Source: an uncultured Candidatus Saccharibacteria bacterium (GTDB lineage: Bacteria > Patescibacteriota > Minisyncoccia > Phycocordibacterales > UBA9973). From it: DNA of 56,303 nt. The notes beneath the pieces are model-generated. The model was not told the origin of the DNA. It did not search any database and saw only the letters and a program-made list of their open reading frames with translations. Where the stretch lies: positions 1-56,303 of the forward strand of contig CAZUZG010000003.1 in the NCBI GenBank assembly GCA_964624665.1. The letters run 5' to 3'. The translations under genes were made by a program, and so were the position numbers. Shown here one piece after another: positions 27,091-36,828 of the stretch; the first letter of the stretch is position 1; the number at the start of each line of letters is the position of its first letter.

Positions 27091-27198
27091 ATTCATACCC
27101 AAAACAAATGAAAAGGGATGTTTTTTGTTACCCGTTTAAGATTACCTCTTTAAATAGGTATTTTATTATTATATTCGTATTACAAAAACTCAGAACCC

Positions 27199-28602
27199 AT
27201 GAAAACACAACTACTCCTTTATCTATTCCTTACACTGATAGCAGGGAATTGCTACGCTCAACCCTCTAATGACGAGTGTTCAAATCCAATTCTATTAACA
27301 CCCTCAAGCACAAATTCTTGTAGCTATACCACAGGAACAACATCAGGGGCCACCCAGAGCATGACAACCTATTCTTGCAATGGAGCGCAGGGCAATGCCG
27401 ATGATGATGTTTGGTTTGCATTCTATTCGAATGCAACATCAGAAGTAATAACAGTTATTGGCTGTTCGGGTTTTGACGCTGTTGTTGAAATAAGAGGGAA
27501 TTGCGTCAATCCTTCCGTACCTATCTCTTGCGCAGATGCCACTGCCGACGGTGGCACAGAAACAATCACTTTAAACAATCTTGGCTGGAATACCTACCGG
27601 TTAATAAGGGTATACAATTATGGAACAGGTTCCGGTTCGGGATCATTTCAGATTTGCGTGTCTCAATTTACGCCAACCGTTACCGCTTGCTCCTTAAGCG
27701 GAATTACTCCCACACTCTCATCGCCGGGTTCAAATTCTTCCCCTGGGCAAACCGTTTCAACAACAAGCCCGACTCTTTCATGGAATAATGTATCAAACGC
27801 ATCAAACTACGAGGTATATATCAGCAAATATCCATATGGCTCTGCAAATATCATCTTTCAAGACCTTTGCGTTTCGGGGACATCTCTAACTATCCCGTCA
27901 GGATATTTAGTCAGCGGTACTCAGTATCGCTGGAATATAATCGGCGTTTCCAGTTGTGGCAGTTGTTGCTACACCAACGCCGCTTCACCATTGTATTTTA
28001 ATGTCGGAGGAGGTTGCGCCATTGCTTCCGTAACCCCCACAATCAATTCGCCGGGCAGTAGCTCATCGCCTGGGCAAAACATCGGCATAACAACGACTCC
28101 AACGCTTTCTTGGAATGCTGTATCAGGCGCAACCGATTACGGAGTATATATACGGGATATGTATACCAACTCATTAATACTTAATGACGATTGCGCCTCA
28201 TCAGGGACAAGTTATATCGTTCCTTCCGGCATTCTATACAACGGAGGGCAATTCAGATGGAATGTCCAGGCTAATGTAAGCTGTGGTTCTTGCGCGAGTA
28301 ATTTTGCATCTCCCTTGTATTTTACAATTTCAACCACAGTCGGCGGATTAAATGATTTTACTGAAAGGGAATTTAATATTTATCCCAATCCAAACTCCGG
28401 CACATTTACCTTGAAATTGGACGCTGTAAATATTCCAGTTCAGATAAAAGTAATAAATGCTATTGGCGAAACTATCTATTCTGAAGCCACAAAAAATCTC
28501 TCAAAAAAAGAAATCAATTTAAGCCATGTTCCGACAGGAGTCTATTCTGTTCATGTAATTGCCGGAGAAAAGAATTATCATGAAAAAATTGTGATCGAGT
28601 AA
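27199..28602 (+). CDS. Cys-rich T9SS CTD protein with two FN3-like repeats
   Basis: Signal peptide; PSNDEC and DDDVWF motifs; duplicated SPG...PTLSWN.VS.A..Y.VYI; CTD IYPNPN...GVYSV. Confidence 0.85.
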   Translation: MKTQLLLYLFLTLIAGNCYAQPSNDECSNPILLTPSSTNSCSYTTGTTSGATQSMTTYSCNGAQGNADDDVWFAFYSNATSEVITVIGCSGFDAVVEIRGNCVNPSVPISCADATADGGTETITLNNLGWNTYRLIRVYNYGTGSGSGSFQICVSQFTPTVTACSLSGITPTLSSPGSNSSPGQTVSTTSPTLSWNNVSNASNYEVYISKYPYGSANIIFQDLCVSGTSLTIPSGYLVSGTQYRWNIIGVSSCGSCCYTNAASPLYFNVGGGCAIASVTPTINSPGSSSSPGQNIGITTTPTLSWNAVSGATDYGVYIRDMYTNSLILNDDCASSGTSYIVPSGILYNGGQFRWNVQANVSCGSCASNFASPLYFTISTTVGGLNDFTEREFNIYPNPNSGTFTLKLDAVNIPVQIKVINAIGETIYSEATKNLSKKEINLSHVPTGVYSVHVIAGEKNYHEKIVIE

Positions 28603-28613
28603 TTTAAACGGCT

Positions 28614-30581
28614 ATGAAAAAAATTACGCTCTCAATACTGTTGCTTATCACCAATCTAATCGCGCCTTTAAACGAAGCAAGCGGACAAACCCAATACCAA
28701 CCCCAATACAAAATCACCGCTAAGAATATAAAAGGTAATGCCGAGATAAAGCAGAACTTCATATATATCAATCCGGGCAATTACGAAATTTTGGATATCG
28801 ACTCTTTAATTAAAATAGAAAAACGGTTTAGCAAAACGCCCGTAAAAATCTCGGTGCTTAACTTTTATCTCTATTTCGAGGATAGCAAAGGAAAAATCCG
28901 GCATATTTACTATGAAGACGAAAGCCGGCAAAAAAAGGGGATAAATAATTCGGTAAAGAGCAATTATATTCAATTATTACGTGATTCCGCCGAAGAAGGA
29001 TATATGCCTTTAGAAACGGCTTTCTCCTACCTATACCAAAAAGCGATTAAAGAAAAGAGTGCTTGCTTCCAATTATCTGACATACTTGTAGAAAAAAGAG
29101 AACCATGGGCAACAAGACCCAAGCTTGAAAAACTTGAAGACACGCAATTCCTGATTGTCTCCGGCCGACCGACAATTCAAACCATTTCAACAGTTCCAAC
29201 AGAAAAACCCAAGCATCTATTTGCAAGGCTGATAATTGAAAGCAGTAATCAGGAACGATCCAATGGCAAATCTATCCCCGTTAAATCTCTGGACAAAGAC
29301 GGGAAAATCATCGAATCAACCGTTACCGACCAATGGGGCGACTTTTCACTCAGCGTAAAAGATAAAAGCGAATTAAATCTTAAAATTGACGCAAAGCTGG
29401 AAAAAGACCAAAAGCTATTCTTAGCCAGGCAGACGGGTAAGGTTGTAAGAGAAATAAAGAGAAATGCGAAAGGTGATTTCATGTTTTCAATATTGCCGGC
29501 TGATATCGTAAAGCTGGAACTAACAGAAGAAGCTGATCCGGTATTGAAGCTGGCTAAATCGCCCCCAAACCCTGCAACTTCAACGACTCTTGTAAAACGT
29601 ATTTCCTTTGCCAATAGCAATTATGATATTTCAGAAAAGGCAAAAGGGGAATTGGAAAGCATCGTTTCATATATGAAAGCCAACCCAAAAATACACCTTG
29701 AGCTTATCGGGCATACCGATTCAAAAGGGGGAGAACAGGCAAACCTGATTTTATCGAACAAAAGAGTTCAATCGATTATCAGCTACCTAAACAAAAATGG
29801 AATTCAAAAAGGAAGATTGATAGGCTACGGCAAAGGGGAGTCGCAATTGCTCAATCGCTGCAAGGATAGCGTTGAATGTTCGGAAAATGAGCATGAACAA
29901 AATCGCAGGGTTGAATTGATTTTCGGCTATCGAAAAAAAGTAGAGTTTAGCGGAACGGTTTTAAACGACGAAAACAAGCCGATTGAAGCCGAAATAACAG
30001 TCGAAGATGAACGACATGAGATCAAAAAGATCAGGAGCAATCCAATGACGGGGAAGTATATGTTTTCAGCTAATTTGATGCAAGGCAGGTCTTACACGAT
30101 CAATATCATGAATGACATTTTTTTTGTTTCCACTAAAGAATTTAAAGTTTCCGAATCAGACGAAAAAAACAAGGAGCTGGCTAATATCAAGACGATTTTG
30201 CCGAAACTGAAAAAAGGCGGGAAATATACCTTGGGAAACATTCATTTTCAACCCGACTCTCCTGAACTTCTGCGAACATCTTATCCGTCTGTTATTTCAT
30301 TATGCAAATTAATGAAGAAGAATCCGAAGATGATTATACAAATACAAGGCCATGTAAATCATCCGTTTAACGGAGGACTGTGCAATAATCCGAATCATCA
30401 ACATCTGTCTGAACTAAGAGCTCAAACTGTATATAACATTCTTATATCTAAAAATATTGAGAAAGACAGACTGTCTTATGTCGGCCTTGGCGACAAGGAA
30501 CAGCTTTATCCCAGAGCCAATAGCGATGAAGAGTTTGAGAAAAATAGAAGGGTAGAGATAAAGGTTGTGAGGGTTAAATGA
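28614..30581 (+). CDS. double OmpA-like domain protein (PorE-like)
   Basis: GHTD...LS.KR...NRRVE and GHVN...LSELRA...NRRVE. Confidence 0.85.
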   Translation: MKKITLSILLLITNLIAPLNEASGQTQYQPQYKITAKNIKGNAEIKQNFIYINPGNYEILDIDSLIKIEKRFSKTPVKISVLNFYLYFEDSKGKIRHIYYEDESRQKKGINNSVKSNYIQLLRDSAEEGYMPLETAFSYLYQKAIKEKSACFQLSDILVEKREPWATRPKLEKLEDTQFLIVSGRPTIQTISTVPTEKPKHLFARLIIESSNQERSNGKSIPVKSLDKDGKIIESTVTDQWGDFSLSVKDKSELNLKIDAKLEKDQKLFLARQTGKVVREIKRNAKGDFMFSILPADIVKLELTEEADPVLKLAKSPPNPATSTTLVKRISFANSNYDISEKAKGELESIVSYMKANPKIHLELIGHTDSKGGEQANLILSNKRVQSIISYLNKNGIQKGRLIGYGKGESQLLNRCKDSVECSENEHEQNRRVELIFGYRKKVEFSGTVLNDENKPIEAEITVEDERHEIKKIRSNPMTGKYMFSANLMQGRSYTINIMNDIFFVSTKEFKVSESDEKNKELANIKTILPKLKKGGKYTLGNIHFQPDSPELLRTSYPSVISLCKLMKKNPKMIIQIQGHVNHPFNGGLCNNPNHQHLSELRAQTVYNILISKNIEKDRLSYVGLGDKEQLYPRANSDEEFEKNRRVEIKVVRVK

Positions 30582-30669
30582 TTTTCGGTTGTTTTATTAG
30601 CCAAATTTATTTAATAGAACTATAAACAAAAATTAAACTATTTCTAAACTCAACACCCCGTTTTTGCCA

Positions 30670-30698
30670 TTGACAAACTAACAATAGATTGCTATACT
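30670..30698 (+). promoter_or_regulatory. consensus sigma70 promoter with extended -10
   Basis: TTGACA-17-TATACT preceded by TG; overlaps palindrome TACTAAC-ctc-GTTAGTA. Confidence 0.8.
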
Positions 30699-30704
30699 AA
30701 CCTC

Positions 30705-30954
30705 GTTAGTATTTACAAGTTAATACAAAAACCCGTTGCCCTATAAGGGATCTTCCGCCAAAAGCGGAACGAGGCAAACAACGAAGCTATTCAAATCATC
30801 ATAAGAGAATTGTATTCCGATACCCTTGTGATAGTTTTATGAAGTAAAGCTCTCGATTGCCTCGGCGAGCTTTAAAGTGAAGCTTGCCGGGACAATCCGG
30901 ATACAAGCTTTGCGTAATAGCCCCGCTTGGTTCGCCATGCGGGGTTTATTATTT
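30705..30954 (+). ncRNA. putative structured ncRNA/leader upstream of tyrosine recombinase
   Basis: At least six stems, 8-nt long-range complement CGAGGCAA/TTGCCTCG, and a terminal GC hairpin with T tract. Confidence 0.6.
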
Positions 30955-32022
30955 ATGAGATTAAGCGAGGCAGTAAAAGAATTTGTTGAATTAAAAAAAG
31001 TCAAAGGCCCACGCTCCAGAAAAACAGGAGCGCGTTACGAATGTAGCCTAAGAATATTTTGTCTTTGCATGCAAGATCCCGAACTGGAAGATATAGATCT
31101 CGCTCATGTCATTTGGTATTTAGGCGAAATGGAAAGACTCGGCTGGAAACCGAACGGAATAAATCTTATTGGCCTTGCATTGAGAAAGCTTTTTGAGTTC
31201 TGTCATTTAAGAGGTTATAACGTAGCCTTCAGCGAACTACTTATTCCATTAAAAGAAAAAAGTTTTAATGTTCCCCGGGTCACAGACTTAACTACATTTA
31301 AAAAACTATTGGCTCAAATCCCGGAAAACACAGGAGAGCCACGCGCTATCAGAAACAGGGCCATTCTTCTTATGCTTTGGGACACAGGCGTTCGGTCTGG
31401 CGAATTGATGTCTCTCGACCTTGTTGATCTTGATTTGGAAAAAAGAACCGCATTTATTAAAACAGAGAAATCAAGAGGCCGAAGACCTGTCCGGCAAATT
31501 TTCTGGACAGAGCCTACTCATCAGGCATTACTAAAATGGATAGAAAAACAGGAACACTTAAGAAGCAAATTTAATTTCACTGATCCTGAAGCATTATTTA
31601 CCTCTATTTCAAAATCGCCAAGACTCCCTCTTCGTGGTTGCAGATTGACATCAAGAGGAGTAGCCGAAACAATGAGGGTGCTTTCCAATAAGGCTGATCT
31701 TCCTTGTGTTGTTAATGCACACGCCGTTCGTCATTCTATGGGACGAGACACAGTTAAAATTCTTCGAAGCAATTCAGCAGTCTCAAATATTCTTGGCCAC
31801 TCTAGCCTGGAAAGCTCTTATGTTTACACTATGCTGTTCGGTGAAGATTTAAAAGAACAATGGTCTGAAGTAATGAAAGGAAGAGGCAACCCAATGGCAC
31901 AGGCTCCAAAAAGAGCTATCGGCTTTCCACGATTCAAAAACGAGCCAAGCTCTGTAATTAAGGGCCAATTTCGGCCAACGACAATAAGGACATCTAATGG
32001 TGGGAGGTTTGTAAGAGCATAA
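30955..32022 (+). CDS. XerC/D-like tyrosine recombinase
   Basis: RNRAIL..LWDTGVRSGEL, KTEK, HAVRH, LGH, Y. Confidence 0.9.
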   Translation: MRLSEAVKEFVELKKVKGPRSRKTGARYECSLRIFCLCMQDPELEDIDLAHVIWYLGEMERLGWKPNGINLIGLALRKLFEFCHLRGYNVAFSELLIPLKEKSFNVPRVTDLTTFKKLLAQIPENTGEPRAIRNRAILLMLWDTGVRSGELMSLDLVDLDLEKRTAFIKTEKSRGRRPVRQIFWTEPTHQALLKWIEKQEHLRSKFNFTDPEALFTSISKSPRLPLRGCRLTSRGVAETMRVLSNKADLPCVVNAHAVRHSMGRDTVKILRSNSAVSNILGHSSLESSYVYTMLFGEDLKEQWSEVMKGRGNPMAQAPKRAIGFPRFKNEPSSVIKGQFRPTTIRTSNGGRFVRA

Positions 32023-32078
32023 GTTTATGACAAGAATTAATCTTGCATTTCTTAAGCTTGATATAGTACAATTAAGGC

Positions 32079-32369
32079 ATGAAAAAAACATCATCAAAAA
32101 AAGAAGTCTCCGTAAACGATTTGGCAATAATGGTGGCTAAGGGATTTGAGAGTGTTAATCAAAGGTTTGACCAAATAGACACAAGATTTGCCAAGATCGA
32201 TTTAAGATTTGAAAAAATTGAAAACAAAATGGATGTGCTTGATGAAAACCTTAAAGCCACAAGGCGCGAGATACTTGATATTGGAGACCGTTTTGTTCCA
32301 AGGTTTGAGTTTGACAACCTCCTTATTCGTTTCAACAAGTTAGAACAAAAGTTATTAAAAGGGAAGTAG
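32079..32369 (+). CDS. coiled-coil hypothetical protein typical of Parcubacteria
   Basis: DLAIMVAKGF plus RF..ID heptads. Confidence 0.8.
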   Translation: MKKTSSKKEVSVNDLAIMVAKGFESVNQRFDQIDTRFAKIDLRFEKIENKMDVLDENLKATRREILDIGDRFVPRFEFDNLLIRFNKLEQKLLKGK

Positions 32370-32573
32370 AAGAATTGATCGACATTTGTATATCCACACC
32401 ACTACTCTTTATTTTTTTATAGGAAAATAGTATGATTCAAGGGATTTAAAGTCTTTGTTTACTTAATAGTGGTTATTATTTTCCTACACTACCCGCATGG
32501 TACGATAACGAAATGGGATATACTTTTACTCTAGTTGACCATGTTTTGAAATCGGGAGAGAATCTTTAAATAT

Positions 32574-32879
32574 ATGGAAAGCTATAATAAATTAGTCCGA
32601 GATGGAATCCCTGAAATGCTAGACGGCAAAGGAGTAATATATGAAAAAAGAATTGCTTCTGATGAAGAATATAAAGTAGAGCTTATTAAAAAACTTGCAG
32701 AAGAAATTAATGAATTTCAAGAAGTAGGTGATATCGAAGAATTGGCTGATGTGATTGAAGTTATAGAAGCTTTAAAAAAACTTCCTGAATATGAAAATGT
32801 CGAAGAAATAAGGCAGAAAAAACTTGAAGAACGCGGAGGTTTTGAACAAAGAATTATTCTTAAGGGAGAGAAAAAATAA
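32574..32879 (+). CDS. MazG-like NTP pyrophosphohydrolase
   Basis: YNKLVRDGIP, EELADVIEVI, KKLEERGGF. Confidence 0.85.
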   Translation: MESYNKLVRDGIPEMLDGKGVIYEKRIASDEEYKVELIKKLAEEINEFQEVGDIEELADVIEVIEALKKLPEYENVEEIRQKKLEERGGFEQRIILKGEKK

Positions 32880-33377
32880 ATGAAAATATACATAGCATCA
32901 GACCATGCAGGATTTAAATTAAAAAGGGAATTGATCGACTTCATCAAGAAGTTGGATTTTAGAAATGAAATTATCGACCTCGGTCCTTTTGCCTATGATG
33001 AGAATGATGACTATTCTGATACTGTTGTGCCGGTCGCCAAAGCTATTCAAAATGAGTCGGAATCTTTTGGTGTAGTTATTGGTGGCTCGGGCGAGGGGGA
33101 AGCCATGGTGGTCAATCGATTTAAAGGAGTTAGGGCTTCTGTTTTCTACGGCGAGCATACGCCAATACAGTATGTCGATATGACTTTGAGAGAAAGCACT
33201 GATCCGTATGAAATAGTAAAACTTTCTCGTTTACATAATGACGCCAATGTTTTATCGATTGGCGCGAGATTTGCAAGCGAAGCCGAAGCCAAAATGGCCG
33301 TGCAATTATTTTTAGAGACAAAATTCAGCGGCGAAGAAAGGCACTTGAGAAGAATTAATAAAATAGATAATTTATAA
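32880..33377 (+). CDS. rpiB: ribose-5-phosphate isomerase B
   Basis: IASDHAG, GGSGEGE, HNDANVL, RHLRRI. Confidence 0.93.
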   Translation: MKIYIASDHAGFKLKRELIDFIKKLDFRNEIIDLGPFAYDENDDYSDTVVPVAKAIQNESESFGVVIGGSGEGEAMVVNRFKGVRASVFYGEHTPIQYVDMTLRESTDPYEIVKLSRLHNDANVLSIGARFASEAEAKMAVQLFLETKFSGEERHLRRINKIDNL

Positions 33378-33382
33378 AAAAA

Positions 33383-34066
33383 GTGGAAAATTTTAATCAA
33401 GGTTTTGTTTCTTTGTCTTTTGATGATGGTTGGAAAAATCACTATACGAGAGCATTGCCAATTCTTGAAAAATATAAAATAAAGGCGACTTTTTATGTCA
33501 TTACTAAAATGCCTAAATATATGCTCGAGGAAGGAGAGGGCAGAATGAATGTCGAAGATTGGATCGATCTTGAAAAAAGAGGACATGAGATCGGATCTCA
33601 TACGAGGACTCACCCCCATTTAAGTTTTTGTTTTTCAAAAAGATTAAAAAATGAAATTACGGGCTCAAAAGAAGATCTTGTTAGTATTGGAATTAATGCC
33701 AAGACTTTTGCTTATCCTTATGGTTCATTTAATTTAAAAGTTGTTCAGTCTGTAAAAGATGCGGGTTATATAGGAGCTAGAGCTTTTCATTATAAATTAG
33801 GTTACGGATTTAATTATAAAAATGAAAACAAGCATTTATTTAAAACCCAAGCAGTTGTTTGGAACTCTAAAATAGATGAAGTTATAGGCTGGATTGAAAA
33901 AGCAGTCGCTGAAAAATCATGGCTGATTCTAAGCTTTCATCAGGTCGAAAATAAAAAGAATGAATGGGGCACAAGTCCGGAAATTTTAGAAAAAATTTGC
34001 CAATATATTTCAGATAAGAAAATAAAAACTCTGACTGTCGCAGACGGTATTAAAATGTTAGACTAA
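33383..34066 (+). CDS. polysaccharide deacetylase (NodB family)
   Basis: SFDDG, HEIGSHTRTH, FAYPYG, LSFH. Confidence 0.9.
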   Translation: MENFNQGFVSLSFDDGWKNHYTRALPILEKYKIKATFYVITKMPKYMLEEGEGRMNVEDWIDLEKRGHEIGSHTRTHPHLSFCFSKRLKNEITGSKEDLVSIGINAKTFAYPYGSFNLKVVQSVKDAGYIGARAFHYKLGYGFNYKNENKHLFKTQAVVWNSKIDEVIGWIEKAVAEKSWLILSFHQVENKKNEWGTSPEILEKICQYISDKKIKTLTVADGIKMLD

Positions 34067-34071
34067 ACAAT

Positions 34072-34785
34072 ATGATAGAAATCATCCCGGCAATCATGCC
34101 TCAAAATTATGAAGATTTGAAGAATAAGCTCGCTTCGGTGAGAGGGCTTGTTAATACCGTGCAGATCGATTTAATGGATGGCAGGTTTACCAGAGGCATA
34201 ACCTGGCCTTTTTCAAAACACGATGCCGAAGAAGGAGTTTTTTCTTCTGATCCATATTTTTTATCAATCATGAATGAAAGAGAAGGATTGCCTTTTTGGG
34301 AAGATGTCGATTTTGAACTCGACCTCATGGTTAAAAATGCCGCCGATAATTTGGATTTCTTTTTCAGGCTCGGGCCAAAGCGCTTGGTTTTTCATATCGA
34401 AGCGGAAGAAAATGCCCAGGAGCTTTTGGAATTCATCGAAGGCATAGATCTTTATATCAGAGATAATATAGAAATCGGCGTAGCGATAAATCCGACAACG
34501 CCGATCGAGAATATTTTCCCGCTTTTAAATGTTATCGACTTTGTGCAATGCATGGGCATAGAAAATATCGGTTTTCAGGGCGAACCTTTCGATGAAAGAG
34601 TTTTCGATCATATCAAGCGTTTGCGAAGCGAGCATGAGGGGATTATAATTAGCGTTGACGGCGGAGTAAATTTTGATACCGCGCCTCGTCTTATGGATGC
34701 AGGCGTTGATCGATTGGTTATCGGATCCGCAATATTTAGAAGCGGCAACATTCACGGCGCGATCGAAGAACTTAAAAATCTCTAA
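34072..34785 (+). CDS. rpe: ribulose-phosphate 3-epimerase
   Basis: QIDLMDG, DLMV, GFQG, SVDGGV, VIGSAIF. Confidence 0.9.
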   Translation: MIEIIPAIMPQNYEDLKNKLASVRGLVNTVQIDLMDGRFTRGITWPFSKHDAEEGVFSSDPYFLSIMNEREGLPFWEDVDFELDLMVKNAADNLDFFFRLGPKRLVFHIEAEENAQELLEFIEGIDLYIRDNIEIGVAINPTTPIENIFPLLNVIDFVQCMGIENIGFQGEPFDERVFDHIKRLRSEHEGIIISVDGGVNFDTAPRLMDAGVDRLVIGSAIFRSGNIHGAIEELKNL

Positions 34786-35643
34786 ATGCTAAACGATAAA
34801 AAAAATAAAGAATTGGAACTCACAGCCAATCGAATCAGGCAGACGATTATAGGCATGCTTGTCGATGCCGGTGCCGGGCATTCAGCCGGACCTTTAGGCA
34901 TGGCCGATATTTTTACCGCTCTTTATTTTTCCGTCTTAAAACACGATCCAAAGAATATTTTTTGGCCGGAACGCGATCGTTTAATATTATCAAATGGCCA
35001 TATTTGCCCAGTGCGTTATGCTGCTATGTATCATGCCGGCTATGATATAAAACCTGAAGAATTAAAGACTCTCCGCAAGATCGGTTCGAGGTTGGAAGGT
35101 CATCCTTCTTATCTTCGCATGCCGGCGCTGGAAACTTCGTCCGGTCCTTTGGGTGAAGGCTTGTCCGAGGCTTGCGGCTTTGCCTTGGCGGCAAAAATAG
35201 ATAAAGCTGATACTAAATATCATGTTTGGTGTCTGATGTCCGACGGCGAACACAATGAAGGCATGACCTGGGAAGCCATAATGCTCGCGGCTAAATATAA
35301 ACTCGATAATCTGACGGTGATCGTAGATCGAAATTACATTCAGATCGACGGCAATACAGAAGAAATTATGCCTCTCGAATCGCTCGCCGATAAATACAAA
35401 GCTTTTAATTGGAATGTGCTTGAAACTGATGGTCATAATTTTACTGAAATAATATCAAGACTCGAAGAATCAAAAGCCGACCGAGGCCGACCAACAGTCA
35501 TAATCGCCAAGACTACTCCAGGCAAAGGAGTAGATTTTATGGAGAATAATTATAAATGGCACGGCGTTCCGCCGAATAAAGAACAGGCCGAAGAAGCCAT
35601 AAGGCAGCTCAAGGCTATAGAGCAGAAAATTTTAGAATCATAA
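34786..35643 (+). CDS. tktA: transketolase N-terminal subunit
   Basis: DRLILSNGH, SSGPLGEG, SDGEHNEG ThDP motif. Confidence 0.92.
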   Translation: MLNDKKNKELELTANRIRQTIIGMLVDAGAGHSAGPLGMADIFTALYFSVLKHDPKNIFWPERDRLILSNGHICPVRYAAMYHAGYDIKPEELKTLRKIGSRLEGHPSYLRMPALETSSGPLGEGLSEACGFALAAKIDKADTKYHVWCLMSDGEHNEGMTWEAIMLAAKYKLDNLTVIVDRNYIQIDGNTEEIMPLESLADKYKAFNWNVLETDGHNFTEIISRLEESKADRGRPTVIIAKTTPGKGVDFMENNYKWHGVPPNKEQAEEAIRQLKAIEQKILES

Positions 35644-35660
35644 AACTTATTTTAAATACA

Positions 35661-36632
35661 ATGGATTATAAATTAGCAGAAAATTATTTAGATGAAAGTA
35701 AAGTCAAATGGACGCCGATGCGAGACGGCGCAGGTCTTGGCCTGGCAGAGCTTGGCGAAATTAAAAAAGATGCCGTGTTGATCGGCGCCGATACGATCGA
35801 ATCTTGCCGAGCGCATTATTTTGCTGAAAAATTTCCGGAGCGGACTATTGAAGTCGGCGTGGCTGAACAAAACATGATCGGCATTGCCGCCGGACTTGCG
35901 TATCAAGGCAAAGTTCCTTTTGTTGTGACTTATGCCGCTTTTTTAATTGGCCGGGCTTGGGAGCCAATTCGTACCACGATCGCTTATCCGGAAAATCATG
36001 TGATTCTAATGTCTTCGCATACTGGTCTTGCGACCGGCTCCGACGGCCCTACGCATCAAATGACCGAAGACCTAGCCCTCACTCGCACACTGCCAAATTT
36101 TACCGTTATCGCTCCTTGTGATGCCGAACAAGCCAAGCTTGCCGTCAAGGCGTCATACGATACTAAAGGCCCAGTCTATATACGAAACGTCCGCGAAGCG
36201 ACGCCCGTATTCACAACTTCCGAAACTTCTTTTGAAATCGGCAAGGCTCAAATCTTAAGAGAAGGCAAAGATCTGACTGCCATAGGTCATGGCTATACGG
36301 TATATTTCTTGCTTCAGATTGCTGAAGAATTAAAAGATCAGTTTTCAATCGAAGTCATAAATATTCATACGATCAAGCCTTTAGACAATGAAGCTGTTAT
36401 AGGCTCGGCCAAAAAGACAAATAAGGTTTTTGTCGCTGAAGATCATAATATCATCGGCGGGCTTGGCAGCGCTGTCGCTGAATGTTTGATCAGGGAATAT
36501 CCTGTTCCGGTTTACAGGCATGGAGTTTACGACCAATTTGCCGAATCCGGCAGCGTTAAAGATTTGTGGAAAAAATACAAATTAGACAAAGATGGAATCA
36601 AGCAGATTTTGTTGAATTTTATTTCTAAATAA
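35661..36632 (+). CDS. tktB: transketolase C-terminal subunit
   Basis: GVAEQNM, DGPTHQ, TIKPLD, GGLGSAV. Confidence 0.92.
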   Translation: MDYKLAENYLDESKVKWTPMRDGAGLGLAELGEIKKDAVLIGADTIESCRAHYFAEKFPERTIEVGVAEQNMIGIAAGLAYQGKVPFVVTYAAFLIGRAWEPIRTTIAYPENHVILMSSHTGLATGSDGPTHQMTEDLALTRTLPNFTVIAPCDAEQAKLAVKASYDTKGPVYIRNVREATPVFTTSETSFEIGKAQILREGKDLTAIGHGYTVYFLLQIAEELKDQFSIEVINIHTIKPLDNEAVIGSAKKTNKVFVAEDHNIIGGLGSAVAECLIREYPVPVYRHGVYDQFAESGSVKDLWKKYKLDKDGIKQILLNFISK

Positions 36633-36637
36633 AAAAA

Positions 36638-36826
36638 TTAGTTTAGTTGTGTTTTTGAAACTTTTTTAAGTGCCAATTCTTTGTTTAATATCTCAACTTC
36701 TTTTTCTAATTCTTTAATTTCTTCCTCGTTATTGGTCATGCTCATTTTTATGCCAAGTTCTATTAGCTTATTTTCAATATCTTTAACTTGGTTTTCGGTC
36801 GGTTTTATATTTTTCAAATTTTCCAT
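36638..36826 (-). CDS. small coiled-coil hypothetical protein
   Basis: 62 aa, directly after pfkB. Confidence 0.55.
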   Translation of the reverse strand: MENLKNIKPTENQVKDIENKLIELGIKMSMTNNEEEIKELEKEVEILNKELALKKVSKTQLN

Positions 36827-36828
36827 AG

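Larger units (their letters stand above)
11151..30600. mobile_element. Bacteroidota-type integrative mobilisable element (boundaries uncertain; may also include 1.55-11.1 kb)
   Basis: att core, integrase, HTH, T4CP, MobC-like protein, relaxase, oriT and defence cargo. Confidence 0.75.

Noticed and set aside
30877-30954. GTG-start N-terminal extension of the recombinase in the ORF track
   Set aside because: It runs through two strong hairpins and a terminator; ATG 30955 gives a normal Xer-like N-terminus
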